Of a stretch of DNA of 64,000 nt, positions 25,522 through 36,560 are shown one piece after another; the first letter of the stretch is position 1, and the number at the start of each line of letters is the position of its first letter. The DNA is taken from positions 100,564,001 through 100,628,000 of the forward strand of contig JBMRGM010000035.1 in NCBI GenBank assembly GCA_052327205.1, read 5' to 3'. Below the pieces are notes generated by a model. That model was not told the origin of the DNA. It made no database searches and saw nothing but the letters and a program-made list of their open reading frames with translations. A program made the translations under genes and the position numbers. This DNA comes from Somniosus microcephalus (taxonomy: Eukaryota).

Positions 25522-26092
25522 GGGGGAGAAATTCAGTGGGTTGCGCCAGCCGCTAACGCCATAAAAGGGCTATATTTCCGGCGCTAGACACTTAGCACCT
25601 GAACGCAGTCCGATCTGCGCCGATGCCCAAATTCAGTTGACATTTAGCGCCGGCGCAAAGTGTTTGCGCCCACTCAGGTGCGCGCGCAGCTTATGACATC
25701 ATGTCGTCGCGCAACGCTGATTGTGCGCCCCAAACCGGAAATTCAGTGGCGCCCGCCCAATGTGGGCGTGGCGCTGCTAAGAACTGTGAGGTTGGATGCA
25801 AAAGAAGCCCTGTGGGCCTCGGGGAGCGCTAATTAAAGGGCACTTACACTGACCTATATAGCCCAGCCATTTTGCTGCAATGACTTTTCTGCTTTGGATT
25901 TCTGGACAGAGACCAAGGGACAGAGTTACTGATTTGGGACAACATAGGAGAGGTATTTTTGGCTTCTGGCCAGTGCTTTGACATTGTGATTTATCTGTTC
26001 TCAACTTTATTATGGGGGCTGTATGGGGGGCCAACCCTCAGTTGCAGCATTATGTGTGAAGGGCTCGCAGACGCTGTGAGAGAGGGCCAGCC

Positions 26093-27148
26093 ATGCCTAG
26101 ACGCAGAGGGGCCATCAGGCGTCGGCAACGTAGGCCTTACCCACTCAGGCAATACCGGCAGCAGGTGTCCTATCTCACCATGACTGCGGCGCATTGTGTG
26201 AAGAGGCTGCGCTTCAGAAGGGAGGTGGTTGCAGAGACCTGCCAGCTGCTTCACACAGATCTGCGTCCACAGCTGATGTGCAGGACGTCTCTCTCGGTGG
26301 AAGTGAAGGTCACGGTGGCTCTGAACTTTTATGCAAGCGGCTCCTTCCAAGCCGCTGCTGCGGACATAGTGAACATCTCCCAGTTTGCCGCGCATCGCTG
26401 CATCCGGCAGGTCACCGATGCACTTTACGCGAGGAGACACCAATTCATCTCCTTCCCCATGACCCGACAGAGGCAGGAGCAGCGTGCAGTCGGATTTGGC
26501 AGGATCGCGGGCTTCCCCATGGTGCAGGGCGCCATTGACTGCACGCATGTCGCTATGCGGGCACCCATCCACAATGCCGAGGATTACCGCAACCGGAAGG
26601 GCTACCATTCCCTAAATGTACAGCTGGTGTGTGACCACAGGCAGCGCATCCTAGCTGTCAATGCCCGCTTCCCAGGAAGCAGCCATGATGCATTTATCCT
26701 GCGCCAGACTACTGTGGCTGACATGTTCGAGGCACAGCCTCCACCAAGGGGATGGCTTATCGGGGACAAGGGCTACCCTTTGTGTACATGGCTCATGACC
26801 CCGCTCCGCGCGCCCAGGACCCCAGCGGAGGAGGCATACAACGAAAGCCATCAAGCCACAAGGAACAGCATCGAGCAAACGATAGGCATCCTCAAGCAAC
26901 GGTTCTGCTGCCTGGATCATTCCGGAGGATCTCTTCAGTATTCGCCGGATAGAGTCTCCCAGTTCGTCGTCGTGTGCTGCATGCTGCACAACCTGGCTAT
27001 CCGCAGGACTCAGGCACTGCCACCTGGCATTGCACCACCACCTCAGGAGGACGAGCAGGGGGAGGAGGAGGAGGAGGAGGACCAGCCCAGGAGGGAGCGA
27101 CAAGGGCCAAGGGACGTCCGCCGGGGGCTTATTGATCGATACTTCTAG
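26093..27148 (+). CDS. Harbinger DDE transposase (351 aa open frame; ancestral ATG at 26012 followed by TGA at 26057)
   Basis: HTH-like region (RLRFRRE, VTVALNFYASGSFQ), catalytic GAIDCTH / GDKGY / RNSIEQTIGILK, acidic tail. Confidence 0.88.
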   Translation: MPRRRGAIRRRQRRPYPLRQYRQQVSYLTMTAAHCVKRLRFRREVVAETCQLLHTDLRPQLMCRTSLSVEVKVTVALNFYASGSFQAAAADIVNISQFAAHRCIRQVTDALYARRHQFISFPMTRQRQEQRAVGFGRIAGFPMVQGAIDCTHVAMRAPIHNAEDYRNRKGYHSLNVQLVCDHRQRILAVNARFPGSSHDAFILRQTTVADMFEAQPPPRGWLIGDKGYPLCTWLMTPLRAPRTPAEEAYNESHQATRNSIEQTIGILKQRFCCLDHSGGSLQYSPDRVSQFVVVCCMLHNLAIRRTQALPPGIAPPPQEDEQGEEEEEEDQPRRERQGPRDVRRGLIDRYF

Positions 27149-28084
27149 GCCCCCTGTCAGGGAATTGCCTGTGGCAATGAACGCACCTGAGGCAGCTGCT
27201 CCGCAAGCCCTCAGCCAGTTAACGCAACAACCACTTCAAACTTGACACCTGGACATGCTGAATAAATCAAAAGCTTTATTTCACAAACTCAGGGCCCTTC
27301 CCACATGAAACAGAAAAACAGACAAGACCCCCAAAAAACAGTCAAAAACATCTGTCACTCCCAAAACCTGGGGAGGACTAACAAAACTTGCCCATCCAAA
27401 AGGCCTTCAACAGCGGCCTTACAAAAATAAGCCCCCCCCCACAACAGAGACACCCCCATGAAAACAAAAAATGCCTTGATCCTCGGCCTTAACAAAATAA
27501 TGCCCCCCACAACACAAGCCCCCCAATATAAAAGAAACCGCTCTCACCACACTCTAATGGGTGTGCCGAGAGGGCGAGTACTTAGACAGGCTTCTCCGGC
27601 CCCTGGCCGACCTGCTGCTCCACCTCAACCTGGGCCCTGCGGGTGTGGCGAGGCTGGGGGAAGGCTCATGAGGGCCACAAAGCGTGTTGGCAGATGCCCT
27701 TGGGGGTAGGCCTAAACGAGGCCTGGCCCGGGAGGGGCCGCATGCTGACTGCTGCAGCTGTGGCTGGGCAGCATCAGTCTTAGCAGCAGCTCGTCGCACC
27801 TTGGCTGGGGGAGTGGCAGTGTTGACAGCACCATTGGGGGCAAGCTGGCTGATGGCAGGTGCGCGCTGCTCGCCAGAGACACTGGCACTCGTCCGGGCTG
27901 GCACTGTAGCAAGCGCTGCAATCTGGGGGAGGCCAGACCGCTGTGCTACAGCAGGGTGGCGGGTGCCATGGCGATGCCACCGTGCCACAGCGAGTGTGGC
28001 AGAAGTGAGTGCCCGAACTGCCCTGGTAAGTGCCCGCATCAGCTCTGCCAGTGTCTGGACGGCACCACTCATCTCGCGAGTCGC

Positions 28085-28345
28085 GTCCTGCGCTGCCGCC
28101 AGTTGCTGCACACCCGCGTCCTGCGCTGCCGCGAGTTGCTGCACACCCCTGTCCTGCGCTGCCGCGAGTTGCTGCACACCCCTGTCCTGCGCTGCCGCGA
28201 GTTGCTGCACACCCCTGTCCTGTGCTGCCGCGAGTTGCTGCAAACCCCTGTCCTGCACTGCCGCCAGTTGCTCCACACCCCTGTCGTGTGCTGTGGCCAG
28301 TTGCTGGACACCCCTGTCGTGCGCTGCCATGAGTTGTTCGAACCC
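28085..28345 (-). repeat. 33-bp coding tandem repeat (about 8 copies; QQLAAAQDRGV)
   Basis: Visible in ORF 27554..28480 and in the DNA (GTTGCTGCACACCCCTGTCCTGCGCTGCCGCGA). Confidence 0.92.
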
Positions 28346-29214
28346 CCTGGCCTGTGATTCCCCGAAAGCCACCACACTCTGAGCCAGGGACTCAATGGCG
28401 TGAGGCATCTGTTCGCCCACCCCCATGAACTCTTGGTGGCGCCGCTCAGACGCCGCCAACATCTCATCGAGGACGCGCACCTCCTGGGCGAGGACCGTGT
28501 CCGGACTGGAGGGCGGACTCTCCCTCCGGGGAGAAGGCCGCCGTGCTGGCCGACCCTTCCCACGTGCGTCGACCCCACTTGGGCCAGGTTCTGCCCACCC
28601 TCCAACACCTCCCCGCTCTGGGGAGAAGGCTGGCCTGCTGCCGGATCCTTCCCGCGTGCGTCCACCCTACTGGGACCAGCTTCGGCCCTCCCCTCCAACA
28701 CCTCCCCCTGGCTCTCCTGCAGGCCAGACGTCTCCCCTCCATTGCCATCCCCTGGCGCGGAGGAGGGTTCCCCCGATGTGCCGCCTTCCTCCTGGTCCTT
28801 GATGTCCTCCTCCTCCAAGGGCCTGGCTCTCTGCGCTTCAGGGACCACCTCCTCCTCACCAGCTGAAAGCAGGAAGGCACAAAAGTAGCTTTAGAGTGAG
28901 TACAGGCCATCAGCGAGGGAGGCCTGAGTGGTGCATTATGCGCATTTGTCGGTCAGTGGGAAAGGATGTAGATCTGAAGCGCGAGGGCAATGAGAGAGGT
29001 GCAACCGGTCATGTCCTTACCAGTGGGTACCAGTACAGGGTCCGCCACGCCGATCGCGACAGGGCCAGTCACCCGGCCACGCATGAGTCGTGCCACGCTC
29101 TCTTCCAGATCAGTGAGAGCCTGGTACTCGGGACGGCCTCCACCAGTGACAGCCTGGCCCTTTACAGTGCTCACCAGCTTGGCCTGCAAGAGAAAGGACG
29201 GCCTCTAAGTACAT

Positions 29215-29490
29215 TGTGGTGCCCTGTCGCTGTGTGCACTGCCTCCCATGGTGGAATAGCTTGGCCAGTGTGGTGCCCTGTTGCTGGGTGCACTGCCTCC
29301 CATGGTGGAATAGCTTGGCCAGTGTGGTGCCCTGTTGCTGGGTGCACTGCCTCCCATGGTGGAATAGCTTGGCCAGTGTGGTGCCCTGTTGCTGGGTGCA
29401 CTGCCTCCCATGGTCGAATAGCTTGGCCCGTGTGGTGCCCTGTTGCTGGGTGCACTGCCTCCCATGGTCGAATAGCTTGGCCAGTGTGGT
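29215..29490. repeat. 54-bp minisatellite x5 in intron 1 of the Myb gene
   Basis: CCATGG recurs at 29246, 29300, 29354, 29408, 29462. Confidence 0.93.
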
Positions 29491-30352
29491 AAGTGCAGAA
29501 AGTGCTATTGATGAACATGCAAGTGCCATTGCTGCGGCAGGAGGGCTGCCCATTAGGCCTTTGAGGTCCCTTTGCCCATAATGTGAGGTGCACATGCAAA
29601 GATGAGGGGGACACTGGAAAGGGTACTCACCTTCACCATCCGAGTGAGGTCGTTGAACTTCTTGCGGCATTGTTCCCACTCCTGGGGACATCACAGGTGG
29701 ATGACAGCCTGCGGGCGATTTTGCCCCAGGCTCTCCTGTACTGGCTCCTGGGAGCCTTCCTGCCACTGTCCGGGCACAGGATCTCTCTTCTCTTCTCCAC
29801 ACCATGAATGAGCACACTCAGAGCATGCTCTGAGAAGCGCTGCGCTCGCTCACGGGCCCTCTCCATTGTTCCAGGCGCTATTTTGGCACACCAGTAGTGC
29901 TGAGGCCTAGCTGCAGGGCTCCAGTATGCAGGGCGAGGCAGCAGTCAAAGTTGACCCTTCCCCCTTTAAGAGCTGGCCGGCGTCAGGGTGTCTGCTGTCA
30001 ATCAAAACATGACCGCAACTGCGCTGCGCCCGGCTTCGGCATTATCAGGCCGCATCGCCGGCTTAGCGCCGGAACACAGCATTTCAATGCCAGTTTCAGC
30101 GCTCGGCCAAACTTAGGGCCAACTCTACTGAATTTCGGCGATGTGGCCTACACTTTCCGGCGGGTGCTAACTTTAGCGAGCGCCCGACTTTAGCACCCCA
30201 AAAGTGTCCAGACTGAATTTCTAAGCCAAGGTGTTTCTGATCATTCAGACCCAGTCATTGGGAGCTTCTGATAATTCAGAACAAGGCAGGGGGTGTTTCT
30301 GCAAACTCAGTCCCAGACAGTGGGTGTTTGCGATTATTCAGACAGAGACACT

Positions 30353-31054
30353 GGCCTACAAATTGGGTATAGCCCCGCCAGCTCGTTTGCGCCGAAAATT
30401 TTGCGCTGGCCGCAGAGCCAGTTGTGCCCGTCCCATATTCACTTTTAGCACCCCAAGGCGGTACCGGGCGCTGTTCCAGGGTGTGCCCGCCCCCGCTTGG
30501 GGCGCTGACAGTGAATTTCAGCGCTCCCGGTGCCGCTGCGTCACCCGATGCGGTGTGGCAGGCTGCTGTACTGCAGGCCTCCTCCTTCTCTTAAGGAGGA
30601 GCTGCCTGCAACGGCCGGAGCCCCGATCGCGAGTGCCGTCAAAAGAGCCCGGCACAACGGAGAAGTGCCGGGCTCCACGGACACCAGCCGGCAATGCCGC
30701 GGGGGGGTGGGTGGAGGAGGCCGGGGAAGGAGGTGCGGGCAGGCGGCCGCCGAAAAAGCGGCCGGCCGCACCTCCACCTTAAAGCGCCCCGCTAAGGCTG
30801 CAGTAAGGACCCGGTCTCCTGATGTTGTTAGCGGCCACCACGGAAGAGGCGGCCGCTACTGAAGATGGGGGTCGGGGCGGTAGCGGGGCGGAACTGGGGC
30901 ACTGCGCACACCGATGACGTCATCGGTGCCGGCGCAGCGCTACTGGCTACCGCCGCCATTACCGCGGCCCTCAAAATCAGCGCTACCAACCCTACTGGCG
31001 CAGAAGCCCTCTTTGGGCTGTAACTAGGCGCAAAGCCCACTGAATTTCTAGGCC
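30353..31054. mobile_element. Harbinger MITE (702 bp)
   Basis: Ends GGCCTACAAATTG / GAATTTCTAGGCC. TSD ACT at 30350-52 and 31055-57. Confidence 0.92.
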
Positions 31055-31183
31055 ACTGTGTTTTTCTAACAATTGAGACCCAGACAGTGGTTGTATCTGA
31101 TAATTCAAGCCCACACAGTGGGTGTTTCTGATAATTCAGACCCAGACAGTGGTTGTTTCTGATAATTCAAACCCAGAGAGTGG

Positions 31184-31950
31184 GGGGGAGAAATTCAGTA
31201 GGTTGCGCCACCCATTAGCACCTTAAGAGGGCGCTATGTGGGTTGCAAGCCAACTGGCGCCCAGGCGCGGCACTGCCCACGCCTCCCACTAAATTCGGCG
31301 GGACGTTAGTGGTGGCACTAACCGTTAGCGCTGCGCCACTGTCGATGATGTCATTAGTATGCACAGAGCCCCGCTGATGCCCCGGCCGCAATATTTGGCG
31401 GCACCCCCTCATTTGCCGCCGTACGCTATGTCCGACAGGTTGAGGGGGGCCTACCTGCAGCCAGGGAGGCGCAAATTAAAGGTGAGGTGCGGGGCAATCA
31501 TTTTTATTGTTGGCCGCCTGCCAGCACCTGCCTGTGCTCCCGTCCCCGGCCTCCTGAACCCACACCACCCCCCCGCGGAGTGCCGGCTGGTCTCTAAATG
31601 CATGGCAATTCTCTTTAGTGCCGGGCTCTTTTGCCTACACTCCCGATCCTCGGGGGCCCAGCTGGGCCCCAGATCACGCTGCACAAGGCCCCTCCCCTTT
31701 AAGAAGGGGAGGAAGGCCGGCAAAACCACAGCGTGATGTGCCACTGCGCGTGGCGCTGAGGCATGTAGCGCCACGATATTCATTCACAGCGTCCCAAGAG
31801 GGATGCGGTGCACCTCCACTAGCACCATGCTTCCCTTTGGGGCACAACCACTCAACTTCCGGTGCGGGGGCAAGAATGTTTCTGGGGCACTGCGTTTAGT
31901 GACCTGGTGAGTCTGGCGCCCCAAACGGAGCTATACTCAATTTCTCCCCC
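31184..31950. mobile_element. Harbinger MITE (767 bp), opposite orientation to neighbouring MITEs
   Basis: Ends GGGGGAGAAATTCAGTAG / CTCAATTTCTCCCCC. TSD TGG. Confidence 0.92.
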
Positions 31951-32570
31951 TGGGTGTTTCTGAATATTCAGACACAGACAGAGTTCTTTTCTAAGGATTC
32001 AGAGCCAGACAATGGGTGTTTCTGATAATTCAGCCACAAGCATTGGGTGTTTCAGATAAGTCAGACACAGACAGTGGGTGTTTCTGATAATTCACCCCAG
32101 GCCGTTGGTGACTCTAATAATTCCGAGCCAGACACTCGATGTTTCTGATAATTCAGACCAGGCCGTTGGTTCTTCTGATAATTGAGGCCCAGACATTGGG
32201 TGTTTCTGATAAATCAGAACTGGACAGAGGGTGTATCTGATAATTCAGACGCAGGCAGTCGGTATTTCTGATAATTCAGACCCAGACAGTGTGTTTTTCT
32301 GATAATTCACACACAGACAGTGGTTCTTTCCGATAACTCAGGCCCAGATGTTTGGGTGTTTCTGATAATTCAGACCCAGACATTGTTTATTTCTGATAAG
32401 CCAGACGCAGACAGCGGCTGGTCTAATAATTCAGATGCAGACAGAGGGTGTTTCTGATAATTCCGATCCAGACAGTGGGTGTTCTGAAAATTCGGACACA
32501 GATATTGGGTGCTTCTGATAATTCAGTGCCAGGGAGTCATTGGTGCTAAAAATTCAGAACCAGGCATTGG

Positions 32571-33285
32571 GGCCTAGAAATTAGCTATTGCCCCGCCAGC
32601 TAGCTTGCGCCCAGAATTTACCGCTGGGTGCGGAGCCACGCGCGCCCATCCGATATTCAATTTCAGCGCCCCAAGTCGAGGACGGGCGCTGTTCCAGGGT
32701 GTGGCCACCCCCGCTTGTGGCGCTGCAACTGAATATCGGCGCGCTAGTTGCCGCAGCGCCACCCTCAGCGGAGTGGCAGGCTGTGGTACTGCAGGCCTTC
32801 CTACCTCTCTTAAGGGGGAGGTGCCTGCAACAGCCGGAGTCCCGATCGTGAGTGCCGGCAAAAGAGCCCGGCACAACGGAGAAGTGCCGGGCTCCCGGAA
32901 ACCAGCCAGCAATGCCGCGGGGGGGGGGGGGGTGGAGGAGGCCGGGGAAGGAGGTGCGGGCAGGCGGCCGCCGAAAAAGCGGCCGGCCGCACCTCCACAT
33001 CAAAGCGCCCCACTAAGGCTGCATTACGGACCCGGTCTCTGAACGTTGTTTGTGGCCGCCACGGAAGAGGCGGCCGCAACTAAATATGGGGGTCGGGCCG
33101 GTATCGGGGCAGAACCGGGGCACTGCGCACACCGATGACGTCATCAGTGCCGGCGCAGCGATACCGGCTACCGCCGCCTTTCCCGCTGTGCTGAATATCA
33201 GCGCAGCCTCCTCTTTTGGCGCAGAAGCCCTCTTTCGGCGGTACCTGGGCACAAAGCTGGCGGGGCCTTACTGAATTTCGAGGCC
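32571..33285. mobile_element. Harbinger MITE (715 bp)
   Basis: Ends GGCCTAGAAATT / GAATTTCGAGGCC. TSD TGG at 32568-70 and 33286-88. Confidence 0.92.
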
Positions 33286-33319
33286 TGGGTGTTTCTGATA
33301 AGTCAAACATAGACAGTGG

Positions 33320-34005
33320 GGCCTAGAAATTGAGTTTTGGCTTAGCCAGGGCTTTAGCGCCGGAAGTTAGTGCCGGCGCTTATTCCCCCTGCGTGCTCCA
33401 AAAATTCAGCAGTGCCGCGCCCAAACGGCTGCCGGCGCTACTGAAGGGTCTTTGCGGCGGTACATCGGCGCTAACTGCCGTTTCGCGCCGCAATTCCGGC
33501 GCTGCGGCACCCGATGCGGTGCGGCAGGCTCGGGTAGTGCAGGCCTCCTCCTTCCCTTAAGGAGGAGCTGCCTGCACCCGATCGCGGCCCGCGAAAATCT
33601 TTTAAAAAATGAGCCCGGCACCTCGGACAAGTGCCGGGCTTGCTTCTGTTCCGGGGGGGGGGGTGGGGAAGTCCGGGGAGGGAGCTGCGGCCAGGAGGCC
33701 GGCGGGAAAGCGGCCGGCCGCCGCGGGGCCTTTAATGCGCCGGCGCAAAGACTCGTAAGACTCTGTTGCCAGAGTCTTAGTTGCGGCTGTCACGGGCGAG
33801 GCGGCCGCAACTGAATTTCGGCGCTGGGGCCCGTCGGCATGGCAACCGGGACGCTGCGCACACCGATGACGTCATCGGTGCCGGCGCAGCGCTACCGGTC
33901 TACCGCGGCGTAAGGGCCCCAGGCAATATCGGCGCCGGCGCCAAATGCAGCGCTAGGCCCTCTAGCGCCGCAAAATCGGCGCTAAGGGCACTCAATTTCT
34001 AGGCC
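33320..34005. mobile_element. Harbinger MITE (686 bp)
   Basis: TIR GGCCTAGAAATTGAGT / ACTCAATTTCTAGGCC. TSD TGG at 33317-19 and 34006-08. Confidence 0.93.
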
Positions 34006-35856
34006 TGGATGTTTCTGATAATTCTGATCCACAGGGTGGGTGCTTCTGATATGTCAGACGGAGGAGGTTCTCCGTTCCGAAAATTAAGACCGAGGCAGCA
34101 GGTGATAATAATAATTCATACATAAACAGTGCGACCTTCGGATAAATCATACTCAGGCAGTAGGTATTCATGTTAATTCAGATGCAGACAGTGTGTGTTT
34201 CTGATAATTGAGAAGCAGAGAGAGGGTTTTTCTGATAATTTAGACACAGACATTGGGTGTTTCTGATAATTCAGACCCAAACAGTGGGTGTTTCTGATAA
34301 TTGAGACCCAAACCACGTGTCCTTCTGATAATTCAGATTCAGACAATACGTGTCTATTACAACTCTGACCCAGTCAGTTGGACATTCTTATAATTCAGAT
34401 CCAGACAGTGGGTGTTTATGTCATTTCACAACAAGGCAGTGGAAACTTCGTGTAATTCAGGCCCAGACGGCTGGTGCTTATGTTAATGCTTACCCAGAGA
34501 ATGCATTTATAAGATAACACGAACCGAGACAATGGGCTCTTCTAATAATTCAGACCCAGACAAAAGGCGTATCTGAACATTCAGACCAAGACATTGGGAG
34601 CTTCTGATAATTCAGAACAAGGCAGAGGGTCTTTCTGAAAACTCAGATCCAGGCCGTGGGTGGTTGTGATTATTCAGACACAGACAGTGGGTGTTTCTGA
34701 CAATTGAGACCCAGACAGTGGATGTTTCTGGTAATTTAGACCCAGGCAGTGGTTGTTTCTGATCATTCAGACCCAGGCAGTGGTTGTTTCTGATAATTCA
34801 AACCCAGACAGAGGGTGTTTCTGAATATTCAGACCCAGACAGTGCTCTCTTCTAAGATTCAGAGCCAGACAGTGGGTGTTTCTAAAAAGTCAGAAACAGA
34901 CAGTTGTAGTTTCTGATCATTCAGAACAGACAGTTGTTGTCTCTGAAAATTCAGAGCCAGACACTCGGTGTATCTGATATTTCAGATGCAGAAATTGTTT
35001 TTTCCTGATAATTCAGAACCAGCCAGTGGGTGTTTCTCATAATTCAGACCACGACAGTTGATGTTTCTGATAATTCACCGCAGACAGTGGGTGTTTCTGA
35101 TTATTCACCCCAGACAGTGGGTGTTTCTGATAATTCAGACCCAGAGATTGGTTATTTCTGATAAGTAGGACTTAGATGATTGGATGTTTCTGGAAATTCA
35201 GATGCAAACTTTGGCTGCTCCTGATAATTCAGACCCAGACAGTGGGTGTTTCTGATAATTCAAACCCTGACATTGTTTGATTCTGATAAGTTAGACGTAA
35301 ACAGCGGGTGTTCTGACTATTCAGGCACAGACAGTGCGACTTTCGGGTAAATCATACTCAGGCAGTGGGTGTTTATGATAATTCAGACCCAGACAGTGGG
35401 AGTCTCTGATAATTCAGAAACAAAAGCTATTGTTTCCGATAATTAAGAGCCAGACTGTTGTTTCTGATCATTCTGAGCCAAACTGTGGGTGCTTCTGATG
35501 ACTCAGACCGAGAGAGTGGCGTGTCTGACAATTCAGACTCTGACAGTGGATGTTTGTGATAATTCAGACCCAGACAGTTGTTTCTGATTATTCAGACTCT
35601 GACAGTGGGTATTTCTGATAATTCAGTCCCAGTTAGTGGGTTTTTCTGATTATTCAGACTCAGACAGTGGGTATTTCTGATAATTCAGTCCCAGTTAGTG
35701 GGTGTTTCTGATTATTCAGATGCGGACAGCGGGTGTTTCTGAAAATTCATACCCAGGCATTGGGAGTTTCTGATAATTCAGTCCCAGACATTTTGTGCTT
35801 CCGATAATTCAGGACTAGATAGAGGGTGTTTCTGATCATTCACAAATAGACAGTGG

Positions 35857-36560
35857 GGCCTAGAAATTGAGTTTGGGGCGGCCAGCTCGCTCGCGCCCAG
35901 AAATTACCGCTGCGCGCGGAGCCACTTGCGCCCGCCGGAAATTCAGTTTCAGCGCCCCAAGTCGAAGCCGGCCACAAATCAAGGGTTTCGGCACCCCCGC
36001 TTGGGGCGCTGAAAATGAATATCGGCGCGCTAAGTGCCGCAGCGCCACCCGCTGTGGAGCGGCAGGCTGCGGTACTGCAGGCCTTCCTCCCTCTCTTAAG
36101 GGGGAGGTGCCTGCAACAGCGAGATCGCCGATCGCTAGTGCCGGCAAATGAGCCCGGCACCACGGAGAAGTGCCAGGCTCCCGGAAAACACCTGGCAATG
36201 CCACGGGGGAGGGGGGGTGGAGGAGGCCGGGGAAGGAGGTGCGGGCAGGCGGCCGCCAAAAATGCGGCCGGTCGCACCTCCGCCTTAACTCGCCCCACTA
36301 CCGCATCAGTTCGGCCCCGTTTTCTGGTCGCTGTTTGCGGCCGCCGCGGAAGATGCGGCCGCAACTCAATATGGCGGTCGGGCCGGTAGCGGGGCGGTAG
36401 CGGTGCACTGCGCACACCGATGACGTCATCGGTGACGGCGCAGTGCTACTGGCTAACGCCGCCATTACCGCAGCGCTGAATATCGGGGAATGCTCAGCAA
36501 GTGGCACAAAAGCCCTCTTTGGGCGAAAACTGGGCGCAAAGCCTACTGAATTTCTAGGCC
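35857..36560. mobile_element. Harbinger MITE (704 bp)
   Basis: Ends GGCCTAGAAATTGAGT / ACTGAATTTCTAGGCC. TSD TGG at 35854-56 and 36561-63. Confidence 0.93.

Larger units (their letters stand above)
27554..29866 (-). pseudogene. Harbinger Myb/SANT-like partner gene, 3 exons (29866-29631, 29183-29021, 28862-27554), frameshifted
   Basis: MERARERAQRFSEHAL..L..GVE.RR..L. Exon 1 is 236 nt versus 237 in the sister element (1-bp loss). A second frame change lies in exon 3. Splice sites match the sister element. Confidence 0.83.
25522..30227 (+). mobile_element. Full-length two-gene PIF/Harbinger transposon (4.7 kb)
   Basis: Ends GGGGGAGAAATTCAGT / ACTGAATTTCTAAGCC. TSD AAG at 25519-21 and 30228-30. 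Colinear with the 14604-18929 element. Confidence 0.94.

Noticed and set aside
26093-27148. Domesticated host gene HARBI1 (and NAIF1 for the Myb ORFs)
   Set aside because: The ORFs lie within TIR- and TSD-bounded elements, occur in several copies and carry nonsense or frameshift lesions.
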